This document shows positions 41,365 to 52,098 of a DNA stretch of 64,000 bases, piece after piece. Under the pieces are notes generated by a model. The model ran no database searches. It had not been told where the DNA came from and saw nothing but the letters and a program-made list of their open reading frames with translations. Location of the stretch: positions 1-64,000 of the forward strand of contig NZ_JMCB01000003.1 of assembly GCF_000737315.1 (NCBI RefSeq). The letters run 5' to 3'. The stretch comes from Hyalangium minutum (lineage in GTDB: Bacteria > Myxococcota > Myxococcia > Myxococcales > Myxococcaceae). Numbering within the stretch: position 1 is the stretch's first letter; the number at the start of each line of letters is the position of its first letter. The position numbers and the translations under genes are program-made.

Positions 41365-42390
41365 TCAAGCGCCCGAGGACGACATTCCCTCCAGCTGGCG
41401 GATGATGGTGGCCAGCGCCTCTGGGGACACCTTCGTCTCCGTGGACTTGTTGCGCAGCGCGGCCTCCGGCATCGACGGCACCAGGCACGTCTCCGGATCC
41501 TGGGCGAAGGTGAGCCCGCCCGCGCGCTTGATGGCCATCAGGCCCACCGCGCCCTCCTCGCCCATGCCGCTGAGCACCGCGCCCGCGGCGTGCTGGCCAT
41601 AGGCTCGGGACAGGGACGCCAGCAGCAGATCCCCCGAGGGGAACGTGGTGCCCGAGGCCTTCTCGATGACGATCTCGCCCTGGAGCCCCACGCGCAGGTG
41701 GTGGCCATCCGGGGCCAGGTACACGGTGCCCGGCCGAGGCTGCTCCGAGGCGCGAGCAATCTCCACCGGCAGCGGAGACAGCGAGGACAGCCAGCGGTGC
41801 AGGCCCACGGTGAAGCCCGGGGTGATGTGCTGAGCGATGAAGACGGGGTAGGGCAGGCTGCGCGGCAGCAGCCACAGCAGCGAGGCCAGCGCCGTGGGCC
41901 CGCCGATGGACGAGAACAGCCCAAAGCCACCGATGCGCCGGCCCGCGGGCAGCGGCGGCGGGTTGGCGTGGCCCTCACGGCGCTTGGTCACCAGCGGCAC
42001 CTCCGCCAGCAACCGGATGGCCGACAGCAGGCGTACACCAAAGCGCGCCACATCCTCGGGAGAGCCCTGCGGCTTGGCGATCACCTCCAGCGCTCCGGCC
42101 TGGAGCGCGCGGAAGGACAGATCCGTGTCCGGGGCGCCGGACACCATGAGGATGCGGCAGGGCGTCTCGGCCATGATGCGCTCGGTGGCGCCCAGGCCAT
42201 CCATGCCCGGCATCTGCACGTCCAGGGTGATGACGTCCGGCTTGAGGGAGCGCGCCAGGGCCACGGCCTCCTCGCCGTCGCGCGCAGTCCCCACCACGGT
42301 CACGTCGGGCTGTGCCGACAGCAGCCGGGTGAGGACCTGGAGCATGGTGGGGGAATCGTCGGTGAGGAGGACTTGGATGGGCTTGCTCAT
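41365..42390 (-). CDS. cheB: CheB-type REC-methylesterase (copy 3, divergent active site)
   Basis: TDDS...LDVQMP; SSIGG, AQHI, LSGMGEEG (Asp replaced by Glu). Confidence 0.9.
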   Translation of the reverse strand: MSKPIQVLLTDDSPTMLQVLTRLLSAQPDVTVVGTARDGEEAVALARSLKPDVITLDVQMPGMDGLGATERIMAETPCRILMVSGAPDTDLSFRALQAGALEVIAKPQGSPEDVARFGVRLLSAIRLLAEVPLVTKRREGHANPPPLPAGRRIGGFGLFSSIGGPTALASLLWLLPRSLPYPVFIAQHITPGFTVGLHRWLSSLSPLPVEIARASEQPRPGTVYLAPDGHHLRVGLQGEIVIEKASGTTFPSGDLLLASLSRAYGQHAAGAVLSGMGEEGAVGLMAIKRAGGLTFAQDPETCLVPSMPEAALRNKSTETKVSPEALATIIRQLEGMSSSGA

Positions 42391-42483
42391 GCGGTTCTCC
42401 GGAACTCTTTTCGGGGGAGGAATCTACCCCATGGGTGGGGTCCTCGCCTACGACCTACCATGTAACAGTGTAACCAACATGTA

Positions 42484-44697
42484 TCACCCGGCCTTGCGTT
42501 TCTTTTCACGCCGGGGACTGGCCTCAGGGGAAGGTGGCGAAGGGGGCAGGGCCGGCCGAGTCGAGGGGAAGGGCGTACCATCCGTGGGGCCGGTTTCTAC
42601 CCCCGGTACTTCCGCCGGGAGAGCGGGCAGGCGGATGACGAAGGTGCACCCCTCGCCGGGTTTGCTGTGCACGGCGATGCTCCCCCCGTGATTCTTGACG
42701 ATGCGCTGGCAGATGGCCAGCCCCAACCCTGTACCCTTTTCCTTCGTGGTGAAGAAGGGCACGAAGATGTGCTGTTGCTGGTCCAACGGAATCCCTGGCC
42801 CGGTGTCCGAGACGTGAACCTCGACGAACTCGTTGACGGTGCCGCCGCGGAAGTCTCCGAAGCGGTCCTGCTTCACGGTGCCCACGGTGATGCGCCCGCC
42901 CGGAGTCCCAATGGCCTGCACCGCGTTCTGGACCAGGTTGATGAGCACCTGCTTGAGCTGCTCTGCATCTCCGTCCACGCGCGGCGCCGTGAGGTCCAAC
43001 TGGACGGCCAGCTCGATCTGCTTGGGCACATCGTTCTGGATGAGGCGCATGGTGCGGGTCACCACCTCATTGAGGTCCGTCTGGCCAAAGTTTTGCTTCA
43101 GCGGCCGAGCGTAGTCCAGGAACGCCGTCACCACGCCATTGAGGCGGTTGACCTCTTCGACGATGACGCCCAGGAACTCGCCGTCCTCGCCCGGGAGCCG
43201 CTTCGGATCCAGGCACTGCGCCGCGCCCTTGATCGCCCCCAGGGGGTTGCGGATCTCGTGCGCCAGGCCCGCCGCCATCTCGCCCAGGGCCGCCAGGCGG
43301 TCGCGCTCGCGGATCTTTTCATACAGCTTGGAGTTCTCCAGCACCGTTGCCAGGCGCTCGGCCACCGTGAGGATGAGGGCGATCTCGTCCGAGGCGTAGG
43401 CCTCCGGCACGCGCTCGTCCCACAGGTTCAGGAAGCCGATCACCCGATCGTTGCCCACCAGCGGCACGGAGATGCCGGACTTCATCTGCAGCAGCGCGGC
43501 GCGCGTGTCCTGCAGGCGCTTGAGCTCGTCCCGGAAGCGCTTGCCCTCGGCCGCGTGCATTCGCAGCGCCGCCAGCCGCGTGTCCACGTTCTCCAGCAGC
43601 ACCGCCTTCTGCCCCGAGGCCGCCGCCAGCAGCAGGCCGCGCGCCGCCGCCGTGTCCAGGAAGCCCTCGGGCGGAGGGCCGCGTGAGTCCAGCAGCCGGT
43701 AGCCCGGACGATCCTCCGCCATCATGTACACGGAGGTATGGGTGACGCGGCCCGTCTCGTGGAGCGCGTCCAGCACCATCCGCGTCACCTCGGAGATGTC
43801 GATCACCGTGGCCATGCGCGCCCGGAGGTTCCCGAGCACTCGCAGCAACTCGAAGCGCTCGCGGAAGAAGATGGCCACCACCTGCTCGTCCACCTTCACG
43901 CGCAGGGGCTCCATCAGGATGATGGTGACGAAGGCGGCCACCACCGTGTTGAAGACGAAGAGGCTCGCGTTCTCCTTCACCCACACGGTCAACACCGTGA
44001 AGACGGCGGCCAGGATGAAGGCCAGCACCGTCTGCGAGGCGATCTTCCCCAGCAGCTCGTGCAGGTCCATCAGCCGCAGCCGCAGCAGCGTCTGGGAGAG
44101 GAAGAACAGGTACATCGTGGAGAAGATGGGCCCCAGCGGCGGCAGGGGAATGTCGTAGCGCCGGCCCACGAGGTCCACGGCCGCGAGGACGATGGTGACG
44201 CCTGCGCCCAGGGCCAGGTACATCAGCCGCAGCCGCTCGATGCGCGATTGCTGGCTGCGCACCTGGTTGAGCAGCAAGCTCACCGAAGTCAGCAGGGTAC
44301 CGAGCACCCAGACGCTCACCGCCACGCGCGCCCAGTTCTGCTGCGCCAGCGGCGTCACCGCCACCGCCAGCCCGAACACGCCTGAGAGCAGGGCGAGCCG
44401 CCGGCCCTGCATATGGGCCTCTTTGCTGACGCCCAGGAACTCCAGGAAGAAAGAGACGGCTGACAGGGGGACAAGCGAGGCGAACAGGATGGTGGCGCCC
44501 ACCGCCGTTCTGGACACCCAGCCGGGCTCGGGGAAGATGCCCGCGAAGAACAGCGCCAGGTAGTACCCCGCCACCGTGAGGGCGAAGACGGAATACAGTG
44601 TCACCACCCGAGGGCGGCCCGGCCGCAAGAGCATGGCGAGCCCGAGCGCCAGGCCGACGAGGGATGCAAGCAGGGCGCTCTGAGTGCGGATGTCCAT
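42484..44697 (-). CDS. Membrane sensor histidine kinase with GAF domain (NtrB/PilS-like core)
   Basis: Multi-TM N-terminus, GAF, LAHEIRNPL, NLVQNA, DTGPG, FFTTK..GTGLGL. Confidence 0.95.
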   Translation of the reverse strand: MDIRTQSALLASLVGLALGLAMLLRPGRPRVVTLYSVFALTVAGYYLALFFAGIFPEPGWVSRTAVGATILFASLVPLSAVSFFLEFLGVSKEAHMQGRRLALLSGVFGLAVAVTPLAQQNWARVAVSVWVLGTLLTSVSLLLNQVRSQQSRIERLRLMYLALGAGVTIVLAAVDLVGRRYDIPLPPLGPIFSTMYLFFLSQTLLRLRLMDLHELLGKIASQTVLAFILAAVFTVLTVWVKENASLFVFNTVVAAFVTIILMEPLRVKVDEQVVAIFFRERFELLRVLGNLRARMATVIDISEVTRMVLDALHETGRVTHTSVYMMAEDRPGYRLLDSRGPPPEGFLDTAAARGLLLAAASGQKAVLLENVDTRLAALRMHAAEGKRFRDELKRLQDTRAALLQMKSGISVPLVGNDRVIGFLNLWDERVPEAYASDEIALILTVAERLATVLENSKLYEKIRERDRLAALGEMAAGLAHEIRNPLGAIKGAAQCLDPKRLPGEDGEFLGVIVEEVNRLNGVVTAFLDYARPLKQNFGQTDLNEVVTRTMRLIQNDVPKQIELAVQLDLTAPRVDGDAEQLKQVLINLVQNAVQAIGTPGGRITVGTVKQDRFGDFRGGTVNEFVEVHVSDTGPGIPLDQQQHIFVPFFTTKEKGTGLGLAICQRIVKNHGGSIAVHSKPGEGCTFVIRLPALPAEVPGVETGPTDGTPFPSTRPALPPSPPSPEASPRREKKRKAG

Positions 44698-44805
44698 GTT
44701 CGGGAGAACAGTCTAACCTGTGTCCACGTCCGGAAATTTTTTGAGTGGTCCCAGTTGTCCTCGGGCGTGCCCGAGCACATCCACCAGGGCTCAGTGTCCG
44801 CCCCC

Positions 44806-47226
44806 ATGAAATCCGCCCTTTCGCTGATTGCCCTCGTTTCTTTCGCGCAGCTGGCCTCGGCCCAGCCGGTGGCCGATGCCCCGGCCACGGCTCCGCAGCC
44901 GCGCACTGACGGCGCGCCGCCCGAGGCGCAGCTGCGTCCCCTCCCGGACACGGAGACGGCACCGCTGCCCCCCGGCTACGTGGAGATCTTCAACCCCGCG
45001 TTCCCGCTGCCCGTGGTGATGGCGCCTCCCGCCAAGAAGGAGGAGGCCAAGGCAGAGGTTCCGCGCGGCAAGGCCTACGGGCTGGACGAGCTGACGCCGT
45101 ACTTCGCCGCGGGCAAGAAGAAGGAGGCCAAGGCCGCCTTCGACAAGGGCTTCTACCTGAAGGCCCGGGAGCTGCTGCAGGACGAGGGCAACTCGGCGCC
45201 GGTGCGTTACCTGCGGGCGCTGAGCGCGGTGCGCGCGGGAGATGATGTCCGCGCGGCCAGCGAGATGGCCTCCCTGGCGGAGGACTACCCGGCGCTGCGG
45301 GATCGCTGCCTCACGCACGCGGGCATGGCGCTCGAGGATCTGAGCCGCTTCGACGAGGCGGCGAAGCTGCTCGACCAGGTGTCGCAGGACTCGAAGCTGT
45401 ACGTGGATGCGCGGCTGGCGCTCGGGCGCGTGCTGCGCAAGAAGAAGGACTACGACGGGGCCATGGCCGCGCTCACGCCGCTGGCGGATCGGCCCGCGCC
45501 GCTGTTCGGCCGCAACGTGGGTGCCGAGGCGCTCATGGCCATCGCCGACATCGCGGTGGAGAAGAAGGATCGCAAGCGCGAGCAGGAGGCGCTGTGGCGG
45601 CTGTGGTCCCTGTACCCGCTCTCGCCGCTGACCAAGCAGGCCGATCGTCGGCTCAAGGGCATCAAGCCCCCGGTGGACGCCCAGGTGGCGCGCGCCGAGC
45701 AGCTCATCGAGCTGCACCGCAACAAGCAGGGCCTCACGGTGCTGGAGCCGCTGCTGACTGCGCTGGCGCTGCCGGATCCGCTCGCCTGCCGCGCGCACTT
45801 CGCCTACGGCAAGGGCCAGCGCAAGGAGCGCAACCACACGAAGGCCATCTCCGTGCTCACGCCGGTGGTGGACAAGTGCCAGGATGCGGATCTGCTGCCG
45901 CGCGCCATGTACGTGCTGGGCTCCTCGCGCTCCATCGTGGACCAGAAGCGTGGCCCGGAGACGTACGAGCGGCTCGCGCGCGAGTTCCCCGGCCACTCCT
46001 TCGCGGACGACGCGCTGTTCTACGCCGCTGACCTGTACGTGAAGACGGATCGGCCGGGGCAGGCCCTGGAGCGGCTCCAGGAGCTGGAGAAGAACTATCC
46101 GCAGGGCGACTTCCTGGGCGAGGCGCTCTTCAAGGCGTACTGGATTGCACGCACCTCGAAGGTGCCGGACGGCGGGCTGCCCATCCTGGAGCGCATCGAG
46201 AAGCGCTTCGCTGACGCGGACGAGACGTACGACGTGGAGCGGGCCCAGTACTGGCGGGCGCGGACATTCCTGGAGCGCGGCAACAGCAAGGACGCCGTGG
46301 CCCTCTTCGAGCGGCTCGCGCTGGAGCACCCGGCCACGTACTACGGGCTGATGGCCCGTGCGCAGCTGGGCGAGATGGACAAGGAGCGCTTGGAGAGCAT
46401 CGGTCCGCAGCTGGTGTTCACCGCGGAGCGTGCCAGCCCGTGGCCTCTGCACACCGGTCCCGCCATGGAGAAGGATCCGCACTTCCTGGCGGCCGTGGAG
46501 CTGCTGCGCCTGGGCTTCCCCGAGGCCGTGTCCTCCGAGCTGCTCGCCGTCAACCGCAACGGCCTGCCCACCGAGCCCGTGCGGCTCATCGTTCATCTGC
46601 TCTCGATGGCGGGGGACCAGCGCGCGGCGCACGCCGTGGCGCGCGTGTCCCTGCGCAGGGATCTCAGCGGCCGCATCACTCCGGAGACGCGGCCGGTCTG
46701 GGAGATCGCCTATCCGAATGCGTACCGCGAGCTGATCGAGAAGCACACGAAGGAGGCCGGGGTGGAGCCGGATCTCCTGCAGGCGCTAATGCGCGAGGAG
46801 AGCGCGCTGGACCCCAAGGCCCTGTCGTGGGCGGGAGCGCTGGGGCTCACCCAGCTGATGCCCACCACGGCGAAGGCGGTCGCGCAACAGTTGAAGATCA
46901 AGCGCTTCCGCGTGGAGTCCCTGCTGGATCCGGACATGAACATCCGCATCGGCGCGCACCACCTGGGCGAGCTGGTGAAGAAGTTCGGCGGCAACGCGCC
47001 GTTCGCGGTGGGCAGCTACAACGCCGGCGCCGGAGCGGTGAACCGCTGGCGCTCCGAGCGCAGGGGCATGCCGCTGGATGCGTGGGTGGAAGAGGTGCCG
47101 ATCGCGGAGACGCGCGGCTACATCAAGCGCGTGCTGCGCTCCTACAACACCTACCAGCTCCTCTATGGCCGTCCGGCCAAGGCCTCTGCGGTGAAGTCCG
47201 CGGGCCTAGTACCGGGGGCTCGCTAG
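44806..47226 (+). CDS. Soluble lytic transglycosylase with TPR-like superhelix
   Basis: Signal peptide; MREES, GALGLTQLMP, YNAGAG, ETRGYIKRV. Confidence 0.94.
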   Translation: MKSALSLIALVSFAQLASAQPVADAPATAPQPRTDGAPPEAQLRPLPDTETAPLPPGYVEIFNPAFPLPVVMAPPAKKEEAKAEVPRGKAYGLDELTPYFAAGKKKEAKAAFDKGFYLKARELLQDEGNSAPVRYLRALSAVRAGDDVRAASEMASLAEDYPALRDRCLTHAGMALEDLSRFDEAAKLLDQVSQDSKLYVDARLALGRVLRKKKDYDGAMAALTPLADRPAPLFGRNVGAEALMAIADIAVEKKDRKREQEALWRLWSLYPLSPLTKQADRRLKGIKPPVDAQVARAEQLIELHRNKQGLTVLEPLLTALALPDPLACRAHFAYGKGQRKERNHTKAISVLTPVVDKCQDADLLPRAMYVLGSSRSIVDQKRGPETYERLAREFPGHSFADDALFYAADLYVKTDRPGQALERLQELEKNYPQGDFLGEALFKAYWIARTSKVPDGGLPILERIEKRFADADETYDVERAQYWRARTFLERGNSKDAVALFERLALEHPATYYGLMARAQLGEMDKERLESIGPQLVFTAERASPWPLHTGPAMEKDPHFLAAVELLRLGFPEAVSSELLAVNRNGLPTEPVRLIVHLLSMAGDQRAAHAVARVSLRRDLSGRITPETRPVWEIAYPNAYRELIEKHTKEAGVEPDLLQALMREESALDPKALSWAGALGLTQLMPTTAKAVAQQLKIKRFRVESLLDPDMNIRIGAHHLGELVKKFGGNAPFAVGSYNAGAGAVNRWRSERRGMPLDAWVEEVPIAETRGYIKRVLRSYNTYQLLYGRPAKASAVKSAGLVPGAR

Positions 47227-47259
47227 CGCGCGTGGCCCAGGTCTTCTAGACTCGGGCCC

Positions 47260-48650
<1,391 letters not shown>

Positions 48651-48654
<4 letters not shown>

Positions 48655-49244
48655 TCGAAAGTGCCGTCCTGGTTCTGAACCGGAACTACCAGCCTGTCCA
48701 CGTCACTTCCGTCAAGCGCGCCTTCTCCTTGCTGTACCAGGGCGTGGCCAAGGCCATTGACGACCAGTACCGGCTCTACGAGTTCGCCGACTGGGCCGCG
48801 CTGAGCGCCACCACCGACTGCATCACCACGGTGAACCGCTCCATCCGCGTGCCCCGCGTGCTGGTGCTCTCTGTCTACGAGTACCTCCCCAAGGGCCGGG
48901 TGCGCTTCTCACGTCTCAACATCTACGCGCGCGATCACGACACCTGCCAGTACTGCGGGCGCACCCTGCCTCGCTCGGAGCTGAACCTGGATCACGTGCG
49001 GCCTCGCTGTGACGGAGGCAAGACGACGTGGGAGAACGTTGTCTGCTCGTGCGTGCCCTGCAACCTGAGGAAGGGCGGGCGCACCCCGGAGCAAGCAGGG
49101 ATGAAGCTGCTGCGGAGACCTTTCCGCCCGAAGTGGACGCCGCTGTTCCGCGGAGCCATCCGGCGTGTCACCTACCGTGAGTGGTTGCCCTTCCTGAGGG
49201 TAGAGGACGCCTCTTACTGGAACGTGGAGCTGCTGGACGAGTAG
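48651..49244 (+). CDS. HNH endonuclease (McrA/HNH_5-like)
   Basis: RDHDTCQYCG...DHVRPRCDGG...WENVVCSCVPCNLRKG; ATGA overlap with selA. Confidence 0.92.
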
Positions 49245-49386
49245 CGCGGCCCCGGTCCTCTGGGGCCGAGTGTGGCCGATTTTTCTCCGAGTGGGTCCCC
49301 GAGGGGCACGGATGCGTCCGTGCTCCAGACATCCGGGCCGAGGCTCGCCCCCCATGGCGAGCCCTGCGGCAGGGAAGGGGACACAC

Positions 49387-51039
49387 GTGAAACAGAATCG
49401 GTTGCTGATGCTGGGCGCGCTCGCGATCGTCTTCAGCCTCGTGGGCTGTGACTGCGGCGGCGGAGATTCGAAGCCTCCCATCGAGGAGCCGGACGGCGGT
49501 ACCACTCCCTCGGATGGGGGAACGGACATCCCCGACGGAGGCCCCGGCTCGGTGTGCCTGGCGCAGGGGGCGGCGTGCAGCCGGACCTCGGGGGCCCAGT
49601 GCTGTAACGGCGTGTGCGGCGCGGACAATGTGTGTCCGGCGCCCAATGAGCTCTGCAAGAGCCCCAACGAGGTCTGCCAGACGGGCGGCGAGTGCTGCAC
49701 CAATATCTGCTCGAACGGCAAGTGTGCCTCCAACCTGTGCAAGGACGTGGGCCAGGCCTGCGCCACCGCCGAGGACTGCTGCACCAAGACATGCACCGGC
49801 GGCACGTGTGCGAACGTCCCCGGCAACGTCTCCAGCTGCAAGGTGCTGGGCCAGGCTTGCGCCTCGGGCGCGGAGTGCTGCTCCACCAACTGCCAGGGCG
49901 GCGTGTGCACCCGCGCCTATACCTGCAAGGCCTACGGGGACGTGTGCCTCACGGACGCGGAGTGCTGCGGCCAGTCGTGCTCCTCGCCGGACGGTGTCAC
50001 GGCGGGCCGCTGCGAGTTCATCACCGGCGGTGGTGGCGGTGGCTGTCGGCAGGACGGCAACCCGTGCTCGGGTGGCTCCGGGTGCTGCTCGCGCACCTGC
50101 GTGGATCTGGGCTACGGCGCCACGGTCTGCCAGCCCGTGGGGGGCTGCAAGCTCACGGGTAACGCCTGCAACGCGGCCAATGACTGCTGCGGCGGCGGGA
50201 CCAACCCCAACGGCTCGGTGACGTGCGCGGGGGGACGGTGCGACAACGGCCAGAGCTGCAACGGCGTGGGCAACATCTGCGGCTCCGGCAAGCTGCCGGA
50301 TGGTGGCACCACGGACATCAACGCCTCGCAGAACTGCTGCGACGGCCGCAAGAACGTCTGCAAGGTGGACTCCTCGGGCGTGCCCCGCTGCTTCGGCGGC
50401 GGCAGTACCCAGTGCCCTACGGGCTACACGGGCACCGCGCCGTGCTGCATCAACGATGGCCAGAACTGCCAGTTCTCCGACCAGTGCTGCGGTGACGCCC
50501 TCTGCCTGCCCAACGGCAGCGGCGGGCTGAGCTGCCAGCGGCCCACGTGCTCGCCGGTGGGGGCTCCCTGCACCTCCGAGGCTGGCGGCACCTCGGCCTG
50601 CTGCGCGGGCTCCAGCTGCTTGCCGGTGGACGAGCTCAACTTCGCCTGCCAGGCCCCCCGGCCGCCCACCAGCGGCACGGATGGCGGCACCGGCGGGACT
50701 CCGGACGCGGGGCCGGCGTGTAAGGCCAACGAGACGGCCTGCACCTCGCCCTCGCAGTGCTGCTCGGGCATCTGCACGGGCGGTCTGTGCAAGCCGCCCG
50801 CCCTGTGCCAGCCGCAGAACGGGGCCTGCACCTCGGGGGCGGACTGTTGCCAGGGGCTGCGGTGCGACGTGCCGTCCGGCTCCACGACGGGCACCTGCCA
50901 GCCGGGCGCCGCATGCTCGGCCAGCGGCCAGGCGTGCTCGCCCTCGGTGGGCTGCTGCTCCGGCCTCAGCTGCGAGACGGCCTCCGGGACCGCCTGCGAC
51001 GGCACCTCGGCGTGCCTCTGCATGGTGATCCTCAACTAG
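49387..51039 (+). CDS. Cys-rich repeat lipoprotein (about 13 C-C-CC-C-C units)
   Basis: GTG start, lipobox LVGC; tandem six-Cys units. Confidence 0.85.
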   Translation: MKQNRLLMLGALAIVFSLVGCDCGGGDSKPPIEEPDGGTTPSDGGTDIPDGGPGSVCLAQGAACSRTSGAQCCNGVCGADNVCPAPNELCKSPNEVCQTGGECCTNICSNGKCASNLCKDVGQACATAEDCCTKTCTGGTCANVPGNVSSCKVLGQACASGAECCSTNCQGGVCTRAYTCKAYGDVCLTDAECCGQSCSSPDGVTAGRCEFITGGGGGGCRQDGNPCSGGSGCCSRTCVDLGYGATVCQPVGGCKLTGNACNAANDCCGGGTNPNGSVTCAGGRCDNGQSCNGVGNICGSGKLPDGGTTDINASQNCCDGRKNVCKVDSSGVPRCFGGGSTQCPTGYTGTAPCCINDGQNCQFSDQCCGDALCLPNGSGGLSCQRPTCSPVGAPCTSEAGGTSACCAGSSCLPVDELNFACQAPRPPTSGTDGGTGGTPDAGPACKANETACTSPSQCCSGICTGGLCKPPALCQPQNGACTSGADCCQGLRCDVPSGSTTGTCQPGAACSASGQACSPSVGCCSGLSCETASGTACDGTSACLCMVILN

Positions 51040-51081
51040 TCGTGCCGAGGAGTCGACGCGGAGGGCGGGACGGGTTTTGAT

Positions 51082-52098
51082 GTGGGCGCTTTGAAGCCCG
51101 CACCTGTTCCCTCCGCGTCGGTCTCTCCCACTCCTTCACCCATCCCCGGTCCGCCGGGGCTCTCCAAGCGCGCGCGCCCTCGGCGGGTCATCGCCGTGGG
51201 CGGCGGCAAGGGGGGCATCGGCAAGACGCTCGTGTCGGCCAACTTGGGCATTGCCCTGGCGCAGGCGGGCATGCGCGTGCTGCTGGTGGACGTCGACCTG
51301 GGCGGCGCCAACCTCCACACCTGTCTCGGGGTGGGCCAACCGAACGCGACGCTGTCGGACTTCGTCCGCAGCAGCAAGGTCCAGATCGAGGACATCATCA
51401 TCCCCACCGGTGTGCCCCAGCTGTCGCTGATCGCGGGCGCCCAGGACGCGCTGGACGCGGCCAACCTCAAGTACGCCCAGAAGCAGAAGCTGCAGCGCGC
51501 GCTCATGGCCCAGCAGGTGGACTACCTGCTGCTGGATCTGGGGGCGGGCACCAGCTTCAACACCCTGGATTTCTTCCTGATGGCGGACCACGGCGTGCTG
51601 GTGGTGCTGCCCGAGCCCACCGCCGTGGAGAACGCCTACCGCTTCGTCAAGGCGGCCTTCTTCCGCCGGCTGCAACAGGTGGAGGCGCAGTACGGCATCG
51701 AAGACCTGGTGGAGAGCGCTCTCACCACGCGCGAGGGGGCCCTGCGCACGCCGCATGACTTCATCGCTCAGGTGCGCCAGCATGATCCCAACGCGGGCGC
51801 CCGGCTGGAGCGGGATCTGCAGTCGTTCCGCATCCGCCTGGTGGTGAACCAGGCCCGCACGGACGCGGACATGAACGTGGGCACCGCGGTGGTGTCCGCT
51901 TGGAAGAAGTTCTTCGGCCTGGAGATGGATGAGCTGGGAGCCATCCGGTACGACGACGAGGCCTGGCGCGCGGTGCGCAAGCGCAGGCCCATCCTCCTCG
52001 AGCGTCCCGACTCGGCCGCCGCCCAGGGACTTCAGCGCATCGCTGCGCGTATCCTGACCCTCGATAGCCCCGGAAGCGCCGGGTTTTCCACGCCATGA
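51082..52098 (+). CDS. MinD/FlhG(FleN)-like P-loop ATPase
   Basis: Deviant Walker A GGGKGGIGKT, DVDLGGANL, LDLGAG, PEPTAVENAY. Confidence 0.92.
   Translation: MGALKPAPVPSASVSPTPSPIPGPPGLSKRARPRRVIAVGGGKGGIGKTLVSANLGIALAQAGMRVLLVDVDLGGANLHTCLGVGQPNATLSDFVRSSKVQIEDIIIPTGVPQLSLIAGAQDALDAANLKYAQKQKLQRALMAQQVDYLLLDLGAGTSFNTLDFFLMADHGVLVVLPEPTAVENAYRFVKAAFFRRLQQVEAQYGIEDLVESALTTREGALRTPHDFIAQVRQHDPNAGARLERDLQSFRIRLVVNQARTDADMNVGTAVVSAWKKFFGLEMDELGAIRYDDEAWRAVRKRRPILLERPDSAAAQGLQRIAARILTLDSPGSAGFSTP

Noticed and set aside
42461-42474. TGTAAC direct repeat upstream of cheB copy 3
   Set aside because: Only two short copies; cannot be assigned to a regulator without a genome-wide scan
44791-46746. 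651-aa minus-strand ORF, and similar shadows over the kinases and MVP
   Set aside because: Shadow of the lytic transglycosylase; low-information R/A/G/L composition
49540-51030. Periodic TGC-rich DNA as a possible repeat array
   Set aside because: Explained by the protein-level Cys repeats; units diverge at DNA level
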